From NCBI GenBank assembly GCA_965231215.1, contig OZ246423.1:480001-544000 (forward strand): a stretch of 64,000 nt of DNA, read 5' to 3'. The notes beneath the pieces are model-generated. The model ran no database searches and was not told where the DNA came from. It saw only the letters and a program-made list of their open reading frames with translations. Positions within the stretch are counted from its first letter, which is position 1, and the number at the start of each line of letters is the position of its first letter. Of this stretch, positions 9,459 through 20,100 are shown in pieces. This stretch comes from Candidatus Altimarinota bacterium. Its GTDB lineage: Bacteria > Patescibacteriota > Gracilibacteria > UBA4473. The position numbers were made by a program, and so were the translations under genes.

Positions 9459-10128
9459 CTTCAGAGAGTCTATATCCAAACCCTCTAACCGTATGAATTA
9501 GCTTCTTTTCAAAAGGTTCTTCAACTTTTTGACGTAAGGCCCTAACATGTACATTCAATTTATTGGACAAAACATCTCTATCACCTTCACCCCAAGCGGC
9601 TGTAATCAGTTCTTGAGTACTTACAATTTTATTTTTCTTTCGTATTAGTTCGGTCAGAATAATAAACTCTTTTTTAGTAAGCTGAATGGTTATGCCTGCT
9701 CGGCGCACTACCATATCCGAAAGGTTAAGCGTTAAATTTCCACAGAAGAAAATATTTTTACTTTCCCCATTAGAACGCCGAATCAAACTCTTCACCCGAG
9801 CCACTAACTCTGAAAGAGCAAAGTCTTTTACCAAATAATCATCGGCTCCAAGATTTAAGGTTCGAATTCTGTCATCCACCTCCGATCTCGCTGAAATGAC
9901 TAAGATAGGAACATTGTTTTTTAGAGATCTTAGAGCACTAATGACCTCAAAACCTGATTTCTCAGGCAGCATTAAATCCAAAATGATAACATCATATTTT
10001 TGTGATTTAGCCTTCTGAAAAGCGGTCGTCCCATTATCAGCTGTATCTACTACAAATTGCTCTTTCTGCAGAACCATACAGATCATTTGCTGAATACTCG
10101 CATTATCTTCCACAACTAAGATTTTCAT
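9451..10128 (-). CDS. OmpR/PhoB family DNA-binding response regulator
   Basis: MKILVVED, IILDLMLP, GADDYLVK, winged-helix C-terminus IHTVRGFGY. Confidence 0.96.
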   Translation of the reverse strand: MKILVVEDNASIQQMICMVLQKEQFVVDTADNGTTAFQKAKSQKYDVIILDLMLPEKSGFEVISALRSLKNNVPILVISARSEVDDRIRTLNLGADDYLVKDFALSELVARVKSLIRRSNGESKNIFFCGNLTLNLSDMVVRRAGITIQLTKKEFIILTELIRKKNKIVSTQELITAAWGEGDRDVLSNKLNVHVRALRQKVEEPFEKKLIHTVRGFGYRLSEEC

Positions 10129-10256
10129 TTAAAGAAAAAGAGGGGGTATAGGCATTTAACTCAAAAGTAGACTAAATATTTTTAACCATTTAGTGAAGCC
10201 TAAAAGCTAAGGCTTCAACATCTTTATTCAAAAAAATAAAAATTGCTTCCCCTACC

Positions 10257-10276
10257 CTTAATCAAATCTTAACATT
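10257..10276. promoter_or_regulatory. Candidate OmpR-family (PmrA/QseB-like) direct-repeat box CTTAAT-N5-CTTAAC
   Basis: Upstream of the regulator gene; 16/19 identical to 9440-9458. Confidence 0.4.
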
Positions 10277-10360
10277 AAAAGACTTAAGCGCTTTTAAAAT
10301 AGCTTGCACCCCCCTTTAAAATATCTATAGTCCCCGAGAAGATAATATATATTTAAAACA

Positions 10361-11650
10361 ATGGACAAAGTTATCGATACATTAAAACACATTATGAGCA
10401 CAAAGTCTCTTAGAGACAAGCTGGCCTTTACTGTAGGCATTCTGGTTATTTTTCGAGTACTAGCCCATATTACTATTCCTGGAGCCAATGTAGAAAGTAT
10501 TAAGGCCCTTATAGAACAACAAGGCCAAAGCGCTCTTGGAGTGTTTTCACTTCTTACGGGAGGCGCCATGGAAAACTTTTCTGTCGTACTTATGGGACTG
10601 ACCCCTTACATTAATGCATCCATTATCATGCAGCTTTTGGGGGTAATTGTTCCCAGCCTTGAAAACCTTAAAAAAGAGGGAGAATCAGGCCAAAAGAAAA
10701 TCAATCAATACACCCGATTTTTAACCGTTCCTTTAGCCTTCTTCCAGAGTTATGGAATGATGGTACTGATTAATCGGTTTTCCCCAACGCCAATTGTAGA
10801 TACTTCTGATTTTATGACGGTACTCCCAATGATGTTAACGGTTACCGCTGGAACGGTCTTACTTATGTGGCTCGGAGAACTTATTACTGAAAAAGGGATC
10901 GGAAATGGAATTTCTCTCCTGATTTTTGCAGGAATTGTGTCTACTGTTCCTCAGCAAATTGCAGGGGCTTTCCAGGCTGCGCCACTCCCAATACTACTCC
11001 TACTGATAGCCGCTACTATTGGTCTCACTATCTTTGTGGTCTACGTTACAGAGGCCGAAAGGCGGGTGCCAGTGGTCTATGCCTCCAAGCGAAGTAGCCT
11101 CCAACAAAAATCATTTCTTCCACTAAAGATCAATCAAGCCGGCATGATCCCAATCATCTTTGCTATATCCCTGATTTCTTTTCCTTCTATCGTCGCTCAA
11201 TTTGCCCAGGGCAGTGAAAATCAAATGTTTAACACACTATCAGACTGGGTAGGAGCAAATATAAACCCCGCTAGTCCAGGCGCTATGTATAATATTATGT
11301 ATGCACTTTTGATCTTTGGGTTCACTTTCTTTTATGTTTCTATTGTCTTTGAGCCAAAAAAGATTGCTGAAAATATTCAAAAAAGAAGCGGATTTATTCC
11401 AGGTTACAGACCCGGCAGTGAAACCGAAAAATTCTTAGAAACTACCATGGGACGACTCTGTTTCTGGGGAGGACTTTTCCTTTCAACCGTAGCGATTGCT
11501 CCTCTTGTCTTCCAACAAGCCCTAGGAGGAGGAAGCACCGTAGCCCTCTTCATCTCTGGTGCAGGAATCATCATCGTGGTGTCTGTCGTCCTAGACCTCA
11601 TTCGAAGAATTAATGCTCACCTCGTGATGCATGATTACGACAAACTCTAA
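10361..11650 (+). CDS. secY: Preprotein translocase subunit SecY
   Basis: MGLTPYINASIIMQLL, WLGELITEKGIGNGISLLIFAGI, AGMIPIIFA, IPGYRPG. Confidence 0.98.
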   Translation: MDKVIDTLKHIMSTKSLRDKLAFTVGILVIFRVLAHITIPGANVESIKALIEQQGQSALGVFSLLTGGAMENFSVVLMGLTPYINASIIMQLLGVIVPSLENLKKEGESGQKKINQYTRFLTVPLAFFQSYGMMVLINRFSPTPIVDTSDFMTVLPMMLTVTAGTVLLMWLGELITEKGIGNGISLLIFAGIVSTVPQQIAGAFQAAPLPILLLLIAATIGLTIFVVYVTEAERRVPVVYASKRSSLQQKSFLPLKINQAGMIPIIFAISLISFPSIVAQFAQGSENQMFNTLSDWVGANINPASPGAMYNIMYALLIFGFTFFYVSIVFEPKKIAENIQKRSGFIPGYRPGSETEKFLETTMGRLCFWGGLFLSTVAIAPLVFQQALGGGSTVALFISGAGIIIVVSVVLDLIRRINAHLVMHDYDKL

Positions 11651-11719
11651 AGTCTCAGTGCATTTGCTTTTGATTTTTATACTAAAGAGGTTATATAAGT
11701 TTATAATCTCTTTTGTCTT

Positions 11720-12373
11720 ATGGATAACAATATTATTTTCTGTCTTCGGAATCTAGATGTATATGCTGGAATTGATGAAGACCAATTTATGAAAGCCGCT
11801 CCACATTCAATTGAGGAGATGGTACCAGCTGGAACGGTTTTCTATCAACATGCTGAACCGGCCGAACATGTATACGTAATCAAGAGCGGTGAAGTAGAAC
11901 TTTTGAGAGAAGAGAATGGGAAAAAGGTAGTGTTAGAAACCCTCCTTCCAGGGGATGTGTTTGGCGATTTTGGGACAGGGGAAAGCAGCCATGCAGCTGT
12001 AGCTACCAGACCCGTAAACATCTGTAAAACCCCTACAGATCAATTTTTAAGTGTGGTAAGCAACCATCCAGAAATCACCCTTCAACTTATGCGTGTCATG
12101 GCCAGTAGAACCCAGGATTATGAAAATAAAATTGCCGCTCTTTCCCGTCCCGCAAAAGACCAGCTACTGCATGAACTCAAAAGACTCAAAGAGAAACATG
12201 AAAGAAGTTTCTTTGGACGATTTATGAGTATTCCCATGCGAATTTCTCATCAAAGATTATCTGAAAAAACGGGGCTTAACCGCGTTACCGTAACTAAACT
12301 CATGGGAGAACTTCGAAGAGATGGCACTATTGATATTGAAGAAACTACTGGCGTAATTAGCCTCAAAGGCTAG
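11720..12373 (+). CDS. Crp/Fnr family transcriptional regulator
   Basis: cNMP-binding domain (VYVIKSGEV...PGDVFGD) and C-terminal HTH (SHQRLSEKTGLNRVTVTK). Confidence 0.9.
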   Translation: MDNNIIFCLRNLDVYAGIDEDQFMKAAPHSIEEMVPAGTVFYQHAEPAEHVYVIKSGEVELLREENGKKVVLETLLPGDVFGDFGTGESSHAAVATRPVNICKTPTDQFLSVVSNHPEITLQLMRVMASRTQDYENKIAALSRPAKDQLLHELKRLKEKHERSFFGRFMSIPMRISHQRLSEKTGLNRVTVTKLMGELRRDGTIDIEETTGVISLKG

Positions 12374-14754
12374 TCTTTTGATTCTACAATAATCTTAGCG
12401 GCCTCAGCTCGATTAAGTGTATTAAAGGGTTTGAAGGTCCCATCTTCATAGCCTTTTACAATCCCTCTTCTGTAAGCCTCTAAAACCCACGGCTTTTCCC
12501 ATCCTACCAAATCTGAGAAAGGCCACTTGTCTTCTAAAATATCAATAGCTTGAATTTCATATCCATCCAAGGCTAAAAGAATTTTTATAGCTTCGGCTCT
12601 TTTTAGAGATTTCTCTGGTCCCACCGTTCCATCAGCAAAACCATTTACAATACCTTTTTCGTGCAGCCATAAAACAGATTTATAATAAGGGTCTTCAGAG
12701 TTCAAATCCGTAAATGGGTTTTCAATCTTAGTAATAAAATCAGTTCCAAAATGATATTCCGCCAACCACTGCATAAACTCTCCACGCGTTACAACCTGAG
12801 CAAACTGCGGATCACCCGTAGCCTCTAGCGGAAAAATATTCTGAGATGATAAAACTTCAATATAAGGGTATCCCCAATGATCTCGTGATTCCCCATTCCA
12901 GTAAAGCCAGTCTGAATTTTGTATTTCAGATCGCCCATGAGCCTCTAAAACTATACACCTAACATCACTACAAAACGCCACATGGTTTCCTTGTCTAAAC
13001 CCTCCAGAAAGTTGGTCACTCAAGCCTAAATAAAGTTGCTTATGAGCCTCTGACCAAGGTTTAATCCTAATAGTTTTAAATTCCTCATCTTGAGATTCAA
13101 ACCCCAACTGAACCAAATAATTTCCTGCTTCATACAAAGGTTTCCCGTCTAAAAGATTGGGAAAGACAAAGGGCTCAAATGACCATACAAAATCCCACCA
13201 CAATTGTGCTTCAAGCGTGTTGAGATACGTACTCAAACTTTGAGGTGAAGCTTGGTGCTCTACCACCTTCAGATTAAAAATTCGGGCCAGAGCCAAAACA
13301 TCTTCTAAAACCGAACTATTGCCTTTTAGGCTATAGTCATTTATGTATTCTAAAATTTTTAATTGTCCCCAAATCCCTGGAACAAAATCAGCCAAAAGTG
13401 AACTTTTTTGATCCTTTTTCAATGTGCGACTGACTGAAAAATTTTTCCCCACAACCCTGTCCCCAAAACCTTCTGGAATTTGGGGATCAAATACCGACCC
13501 CGCAGCCTTCCAGGCATTTAAAAAAGCTTTCTGTTCTACAAAATCAAAAGCGGAATGGAACAACACTATTCTTTGACCTCCTAACACTTTAATCCACGTA
13601 TCTAAACGTTCAGCCTCTGAGCTGTAAAAATCTAAAAGCACCATAGGCATATCAAAATTTTCCCACTTTTCTAGGGTTTCAAATTCAAAATCATTAAAAT
13701 CCCCCACAAGTAAAATTTGATCTGGTCGCTCTTCATTGGTGCTAAGTGCTCTTAACGTTTGATTAAACAAAGCCCAATCAGACGCCCCTCCAGGATCAAT
13801 ACCGCTAAGCTGTTCTTGCCAAAATTTTTGATGCGCGTGAGTATTTTTTTGATACCCATCAGACCACCACTCTGCCTCATTATCAAAAAGTATCCACCTC
13901 ACTTCCAAGGATTCTGGCCACAACCTCACAATATCGGCTAAAACAGATTTGGTTCGAGTCCATTTTTTCCCATACATAGATCCAGATTGATCCAGCATAA
14001 TAACCACTTTCTGAGGTTCCTTTTTTTGTCGTATTCCAAAATCTATCCGATACACAAACTCCCCATGAGGATACACTAAGTACGCTTCGTTGGCTTCACT
14101 CACAAAAAATCTAAAGTTAGTTGTAGGCACAAAATCCTCCGCACTCCAGCTCCAAGCCAAATACTTATCCTCTAAAAGTAATTCACCGCCACTTTCCCAA
14201 GCAGGTATAAAGTGTTTAATTTCAGAAGCTCCCTCACGAATTAGTTTTAAGTCAAAAAGTCCAGTCTCAATTCCATCATTGGTAAATAAAAACGACTGAT
14301 AAAATTTTCCAAAGCTATCGGCATTCTGTACCCATTTAAACTCTAGTTCCACAGTCTCTCCAGCCTCAAGAATGATATTCTCAGCTAAATGCCATTGACT
14401 AAACTGGGCCTCAGTAAGGCCAAAGTAATTTAAATTTTGTGAACTTTTGGCGGTGCTAAAAACCCATTCAGAAGCCTGAACACGATCCAAAGATTGAAGT
14501 GATTTTTGGTTGAGATCCACAAAAAATTGCGGGGGTTTTGCTAGAGCTGTCTGAGGCAGAAGATACTGCAATGTTACCCTTTCAGAACTATTATTAATCA
14601 GGGTTTCAGTCACTTTGACTTGAATTTGATCAGCCCAAGTTTCTAGTACTACACTTTTAGACTCCCGAAAAATATTATCTAAAGGAGCATAAAAAGCCTG
14701 AGCACTATTGACACTCAAAAACAAGAAGCCAACCAAAAATAAACGTATATTCAC
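12370..14754 (-). CDS. Secreted VIT-like + vWA domain protein with C-terminal SLH repeats
   Basis: Signal peptide; MIDAS motif DQSGSM; SLH repeats GIVNGFADGT..PE...KRAEA and GIVKGYEDGTFKP...LNRAEA. Confidence 0.8.
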   Translation of the reverse strand: MNIRLFLVGFLFLSVNSAQAFYAPLDNIFRESKSVVLETWADQIQVKVTETLINNSSERVTLQYLLPQTALAKPPQFFVDLNQKSLQSLDRVQASEWVFSTAKSSQNLNYFGLTEAQFSQWHLAENIILEAGETVELEFKWVQNADSFGKFYQSFLFTNDGIETGLFDLKLIREGASEIKHFIPAWESGGELLLEDKYLAWSWSAEDFVPTTNFRFFVSEANEAYLVYPHGEFVYRIDFGIRQKKEPQKVVIMLDQSGSMYGKKWTRTKSVLADIVRLWPESLEVRWILFDNEAEWWSDGYQKNTHAHQKFWQEQLSGIDPGGASDWALFNQTLRALSTNEERPDQILLVGDFNDFEFETLEKWENFDMPMVLLDFYSSEAERLDTWIKVLGGQRIVLFHSAFDFVEQKAFLNAWKAAGSVFDPQIPEGFGDRVVGKNFSVSRTLKKDQKSSLLADFVPGIWGQLKILEYINDYSLKGNSSVLEDVLALARIFNLKVVEHQASPQSLSTYLNTLEAQLWWDFVWSFEPFVFPNLLDGKPLYEAGNYLVQLGFESQDEEFKTIRIKPWSEAHKQLYLGLSDQLSGGFRQGNHVAFCSDVRCIVLEAHGRSEIQNSDWLYWNGESRDHWGYPYIEVLSSQNIFPLEATGDPQFAQVVTRGEFMQWLAEYHFGTDFITKIENPFTDLNSEDPYYKSVLWLHEKGIVNGFADGTVGPEKSLKRAEAIKILLALDGYEIQAIDILEDKWPFSDLVGWEKPWVLEAYRRGIVKGYEDGTFKPFNTLNRAEAAKIIVESKD

Positions 14755-14791
14755 ACATCAATTCTATGAAAATAAATATCAGAAACAATCC

Positions 14792-17083
14792 CTACTTCAC
14801 TACTACTTTTTGTTTCTGCTCAGAAATTACCCCATTCTGATCTACTATCTTCAGATTAATGGTATATTCTCCAGGTTCAAAGTACACATGTCGTTGCGCA
14901 TCTGCTCTAAAAACTCGATAAGGTTCTTTGGTAGCTTCGCCAAAACCCCAGACATACTCTCGCACAATACCTTTTGGTATAGCTGGAGTGGCTTTAACTT
15001 CCAATGGAGCTGGTCCGGCTGTAGGTGCGACTCTAAATTCAGCTTTTACTACTGGAGCCCGAGCTGAAACAATTGTTTCAGTAGTAGCGGTTTTCCCCGT
15101 ACTAGTAAGAATAGTCATTTTCACTACATAATTCCCTACTTTTTCAAACAAATAATCAATCTGAGCTCCGTAATTAATAGGCTCTTCTTGGCCTGGAAAT
15201 TCCCAAATATAATTCACAATCTCTCCTTCATCAGTGTAAGAACCAGAACCATCAAAAGTAATAGTGACAGGTGCCGGTCCTGCTGAAGGTTCAGCAACAA
15301 CCTTAGCTACGACCCCGGCTCTTTCTACCTCGATTGGGAAAACTTTTTCATGCTCTCCTTGAGCCGAATCAATAATCACCAACTTCACTTCATAAATACC
15401 GGTTTCTCGAAATACATTTTTAGTGACTTCTCCATACTGATCTACAATACCATCATTATCAAAATCCCACTGCCATTCAGCTGGATCTTTGACCGTAGAT
15501 TGAGAAGAATCAAAGGTTACTTCAAACGGCACAGCCCCACGTAGAATTTTTTGACGGGCTTTAAGTTCTGGCGTGGTTTTGATCACGATTTCGGGTTTTA
15601 GATCTTCTTCAAGAACCACAATTGTTTTTTCGGTTCGTTGTCTTTCTCCCAAGTCATTCTGGATAGTTAATACAATTTTATATTCCCCTGGGTCTCGGAA
15701 AATTCGTTGAAGTTTTCGCCCCAAGACTGGTTCATCTTCTCCTTCTATAAACCATTCAAACTGAGTAATAAGTCCTTCCTTTACAAAAGACTGTGATCCA
15801 TCAAAAGTAATTTTGAGTGGTGGATAGCCTTCTAGTGGATCTTTACTCGTAATAATAGCCTGAAGATCACTTGCAGGCGTCTGTACCGTAATTATTTTTT
15901 CAGCCACATCCGTATCGTTATTTTGACCGGTTACTCTAAGTCTAACTTTGTATTCTCCCACTCGAGCAAAGGTTTCGGTTACCACGGGCGTTTCTTGTCG
16001 AATCTCAAATTCTCCATCATCATCCATATCCCATTCATACAAAATCACTTGTCCATCCGGATCTTTAGACTCCCCCGCATTAAATTCAACCTCCAGGGGG
16101 AATGGCCCTGATTCTGGCCCCGCATTAATTTTGGCCACTACACTTTCATTGGTGATAATTACTTCTCGCTCAGATTTAAAAGACACTTCAGCATTTTCAA
16201 TGCTAGAAAAATAAAATACTTCGGCCGTCACATTAAATCGTCCTTCATTTGCCCCTCTATCTAAGAACCTATAAGTAACCTTAGGCCCAGAAGCATCGGT
16301 CTGCCCATCATTATCAAAATCCCAACTAATCTGACGTATTACACTTGGATTAATCCGTTTAAATAGTTTTTCACCAATATCAAATTCAATCAAGGCAGGA
16401 GCACTCAAGCCAATAACATTGGAAGGCATCGTTGTAATGAGTGAATTATCCACACTCCGACTCCGTGCATCTGTCATCTGAGTGATGATATAGTACAAGA
16501 AGAACCATCCAGAACACGCTAAAATAAAGAAGAATAAAAACAGCAAAAAGCGAGTCATTAACTGCCTTTTATTCTCATCAGATTTACGAGAGATAGCCCA
16601 TCTAAAAATATAAATGAGTGTTGCGATCAAAAACGCCAAAGCCACCGCTCCAAAAATTAAATTGGTAAGGGTTAAAAGCAAATTTTTAAGCCCTGAGGCT
16701 TCAATCCCCAAAGTTTCAAAGAGTGGGTTAGAAGCATTCCCCGTCCATAGAGCCCAGAGTAGCGCCCCATAAAAGGCCATTACTAGCAGTCCCCCAGTAA
16801 TCAAAAAACCAATTAAAAAAATCTGTGATCCTCCCAGACCAGAAGATTCTATTGCTTCAACTTCTTGGGGTTGAGTTTGTGGTTTTGGAGCTTTTTTAGC
16901 GACTGGTTTTTCCTTTTCAGGCACTGGAGCTTCCGTCCGTTTTGGGTTGTTTGGGAAAAGGCCTCCTTCACCATTGTCCTGATTCAGAGCTGACTTCTGA
17001 GTTGAGTCAGAAGGAACTGATTCAGGATTTGGAGTCTCTGAATTTTCAAGATTTGGAGTTTGGTTTTGGTTTTCTTCGCCCAT
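14792..17083 (-). CDS. Membrane-anchored multi-PKD domain protein
   Basis: Disordered N-terminus, 3 TM helices, then about 6 PKD-like units (WDFDNDG, WDMDDDG, G.Y.V.L). Confidence 0.85.
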   Translation of the reverse strand: MGEENQNQTPNLENSETPNPESVPSDSTQKSALNQDNGEGGLFPNNPKRTEAPVPEKEKPVAKKAPKPQTQPQEVEAIESSGLGGSQIFLIGFLITGGLLVMAFYGALLWALWTGNASNPLFETLGIEASGLKNLLLTLTNLIFGAVALAFLIATLIYIFRWAISRKSDENKRQLMTRFLLFLFFFILACSGWFFLYYIITQMTDARSRSVDNSLITTMPSNVIGLSAPALIEFDIGEKLFKRINPSVIRQISWDFDNDGQTDASGPKVTYRFLDRGANEGRFNVTAEVFYFSSIENAEVSFKSEREVIITNESVVAKINAGPESGPFPLEVEFNAGESKDPDGQVILYEWDMDDDGEFEIRQETPVVTETFARVGEYKVRLRVTGQNNDTDVAEKIITVQTPASDLQAIITSKDPLEGYPPLKITFDGSQSFVKEGLITQFEWFIEGEDEPVLGRKLQRIFRDPGEYKIVLTIQNDLGERQRTEKTIVVLEEDLKPEIVIKTTPELKARQKILRGAVPFEVTFDSSQSTVKDPAEWQWDFDNDGIVDQYGEVTKNVFRETGIYEVKLVIIDSAQGEHEKVFPIEVERAGVVAKVVAEPSAGPAPVTITFDGSGSYTDEGEIVNYIWEFPGQEEPINYGAQIDYLFEKVGNYVVKMTILTSTGKTATTETIVSARAPVVKAEFRVAPTAGPAPLEVKATPAIPKGIVREYVWGFGEATKEPYRVFRADAQRHVYFEPGEYTINLKIVDQNGVISEQKQKVVVK

Positions 17084-17106
17084 AAAAAATAATGACTAAA
17101 TATATT

Positions 17107-20100
17107 CTACTGATCTTCTACCGTTTTGGGAATGACTTTTACCGTTAAAGCATCTGTACGTTGATTAGTTCCATCAGAGATTGTTAACTGAACTCTGTAG
17201 AACCCCGGATCTCTGAAACGATGCCCGATATTTTGTCCGGTTAGTCTCGTTCCATCTCCCATATCCCATTCAAAGAAGACCGCTTGATCCAATGAAGCAT
17301 CTGGCAATTGGCCATACAAGAAAAGATTAGTTTCAGTATTTACTACCACATCAGAAAGCAACCCCTCTAAATAATGCATCTGCCCAAAAGCTTCAGCCGA
17401 GCTAAAGTCTCCCGCTTCAATTTTATCAATCTCAGCTTGAAGTTCCGCCTTAGCTTCTGGATCATCAATATCTTTTAGTTCTTTCAATAAAGATTCTTTA
17501 TAGAGCGCAATATCTTTCTGGAACTGATCTTGTAGAGCTTCTCTCAAAGTTTGTTCAATACGTTTTACTTCAATAATTTCTTTTTTTACTTTTTGTAGAC
17601 TTTCCTCAAGCTCTACTTGTTGATCATTGGTAATATTGGTTTTAAGTGTGGCTTCAATTTCAGATTTTTGGTTATCTAAATTTATTTTTAATTCCCCAAA
17701 AGTCTTTTGTCTTTCTTGTGGGTTATAGAATCGGCTCAAAAGTTCATATTGAACTGCAATAGCATTAATTTTATCGAGTAATCCTGCTTTGATATTCTCA
17801 TCCTTTGTCTCAACGTAAGTTCGGGTAAGATCAAGACGACTTTCAGCCAAAGCTTTTTGGGCATTTTCCAAGGTCGTCAAATCTGTAATCCCAGAATCTG
17901 GAAGGGTTTTAAGTACTTTTAAAGTGTCGTCTAGTTTAACAATTTTTTCACGAAGGACTTCTATTTGAGTGGTGTCTCTTTCCGCTCGAAATTGCTCAAT
18001 CAAACCTTTCTTTTTGGTCTCTATTCGATCCACCAGATCTATAACCGCCATATCTGGAGAAAATCCAGACTGATCTACTTCATTAAGAACAGAAAGTTGC
18101 GCTCTTAACCCTTTCACCTCTTCCTGAATACCAACTCGTTGCTCATTGTCAGTCGAAGTTGAAAAAACTTCTAAATTTTCTTCAATAAGATCACCAATTC
18201 TTCTTTTAGCCGAAACCACCGTAATATCATCAATAGAAAAATCACCAAAGTTCTCATCGCTATTTTTACTGACGGCAAACCCTAGCTGTTCAAGTAACTT
18301 TGCAATTTCTGATAATCGTGTATCTATTTCATCATTTCTGATGGGATCAGCACTTTGATCCCGCTCTTCTTGAAGTTGAGATTGTTCAGCCCGCAGGGCT
18401 TCAATTTGTTCTTTTAAAAAGTCATTCAGTTCTCCCGCACTTACGTTTTCACCCAAGTTTTTCTCTATTTCTGAGAGGTCTAATTGAACAGAGGTGAGTT
18501 TTTCTAAATCAGAAAGTAAAAGCTCTAAAGTATCGATTTGTGAGCGATAAAGATTTCGAGTCGGTTCATCTTCTGTTTCAGAAATTTTCAATTCTAGATC
18601 GGTTTTCCTCTCTATAAGTTCTTCTTTATAAACCGTCGCAAATTCCCCTAATACGTCATCACTTTGGAGGTATTTTTGAACCCGTTCAATATCAAGCCCA
18701 ATACCAAATCGTTTTTCTCTATCGGTTTCAGCCGCCAATTGCTCTTTAAGGGTAATAAGCTGTTGATTGAGGTAGTCTCTCTGGTCTTTGATCACTTTGG
18801 CTTTAAGTCGTTTTAGCTCTTCTTGCAAAATAGCCGCTTCTTGCTGAATACCACTCTCTCCAGTAGCATAAAGCGTATTGAGCCGATTAAGATCTTCATC
18901 AACCACGGAAAGTTTTCGCTCTAGAGCCAGCTTTTTCTTTGCTTCTTGTTCAGTTTCAAGCGCCTCTAGTAACACTCTTCTTTCGGTCTCACGTTCTTCT
19001 TTTCGTTTTTCAGCTAGTTCTCTGGCAATACGCTGTCGTTCCAAGGCCTCATTTTTAGATTTTTCGGCTGCACTAGAAAGTTTTTTTACTCTTTCGGCTA
19101 AGGCTTCTTTATTTCCAGGCCCAGCAATGCTCACTCCAGGCAGGTCTCCTGTCGTGCCATCAGATTGCATCTGCACATTTCTTTGAAGACTTTCGGCTCT
19201 GTTGACAAGTACTTCTGCACTGGCTTTTACCGATTGCACTCCATCACTTACCGTTACACTAGCTCTATAACGTCCAGGACGTTCATATCGGTAAGCTGGA
19301 TTTTGGATAAACATACGTCCACCATCGCCCATTTCCCAAAGGTATTCGAGCCTATCCGCATCTGGATCTTCAGCTTTTAGATAAAACCTGAAGATTGTAT
19401 TAGTGTCTCCCACTTGTTTTGGCATCACGCCTCGAACTTCAATTTTAGGGGGCCTATTTTTTGGTACTTCTGCTTCTACTTCAATAACAGAAACGGTCAT
19501 CCGTTCCTCAATCGTAGCAATACCATCGGTTACTCTTAGGAGTATTTCTTTATCTCCTGGTTCTTGAAATCGGTGCTGCAGTTGAGGCGCAAAACTTTTT
19601 CTTCCATCAGGCAAAACCCATTCATACCGAAGCGCATCTCTATCCTCATCTGTGGCTTCTGCAAAGAAGTTAAACAGCGTTTTTAGATCCCCTTGGTTCC
19701 CTGGGGTTACATTTATTTTGGCCTTTGGAGCGTTATTAAAGGACTCTTTTTCAAAAGCAAAAGATTCCGTACTATCAAAAGTATGCCTCCCAGAACGGTC
19801 ATCAAACGCCGTCACTCTAAAGTGGTATATATGAGGTCCCGGAAACGATCCAACATCAAAGTAAGCAATCGGTTGATTCACTACTTGCGCGAGTACTAAT
19901 CGCCCCTTTTCTAATACTTCAAACTTATAGCTCACTACTTGCCCATCATTATCGGCAGCATCAGCCGTCAAAATAATCTGCCCAGGGATGTTTTGGTTTA
20001 CCGCATATCGTAAAGAATTCACAAATGGAGGTTCATTTTCTAAGACTACCTGAATATTATCCTGATCCCGAATGTGAGGTTGATCAGGGTCAAAAACAGA

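Noticed and set aside
4278-10128. Genomic island integrated at tRNA-Ala
   Set aside because: The locus lies on the 5' side of the tRNA; the duplicated 3' ends are on the other side and there is no integrase.
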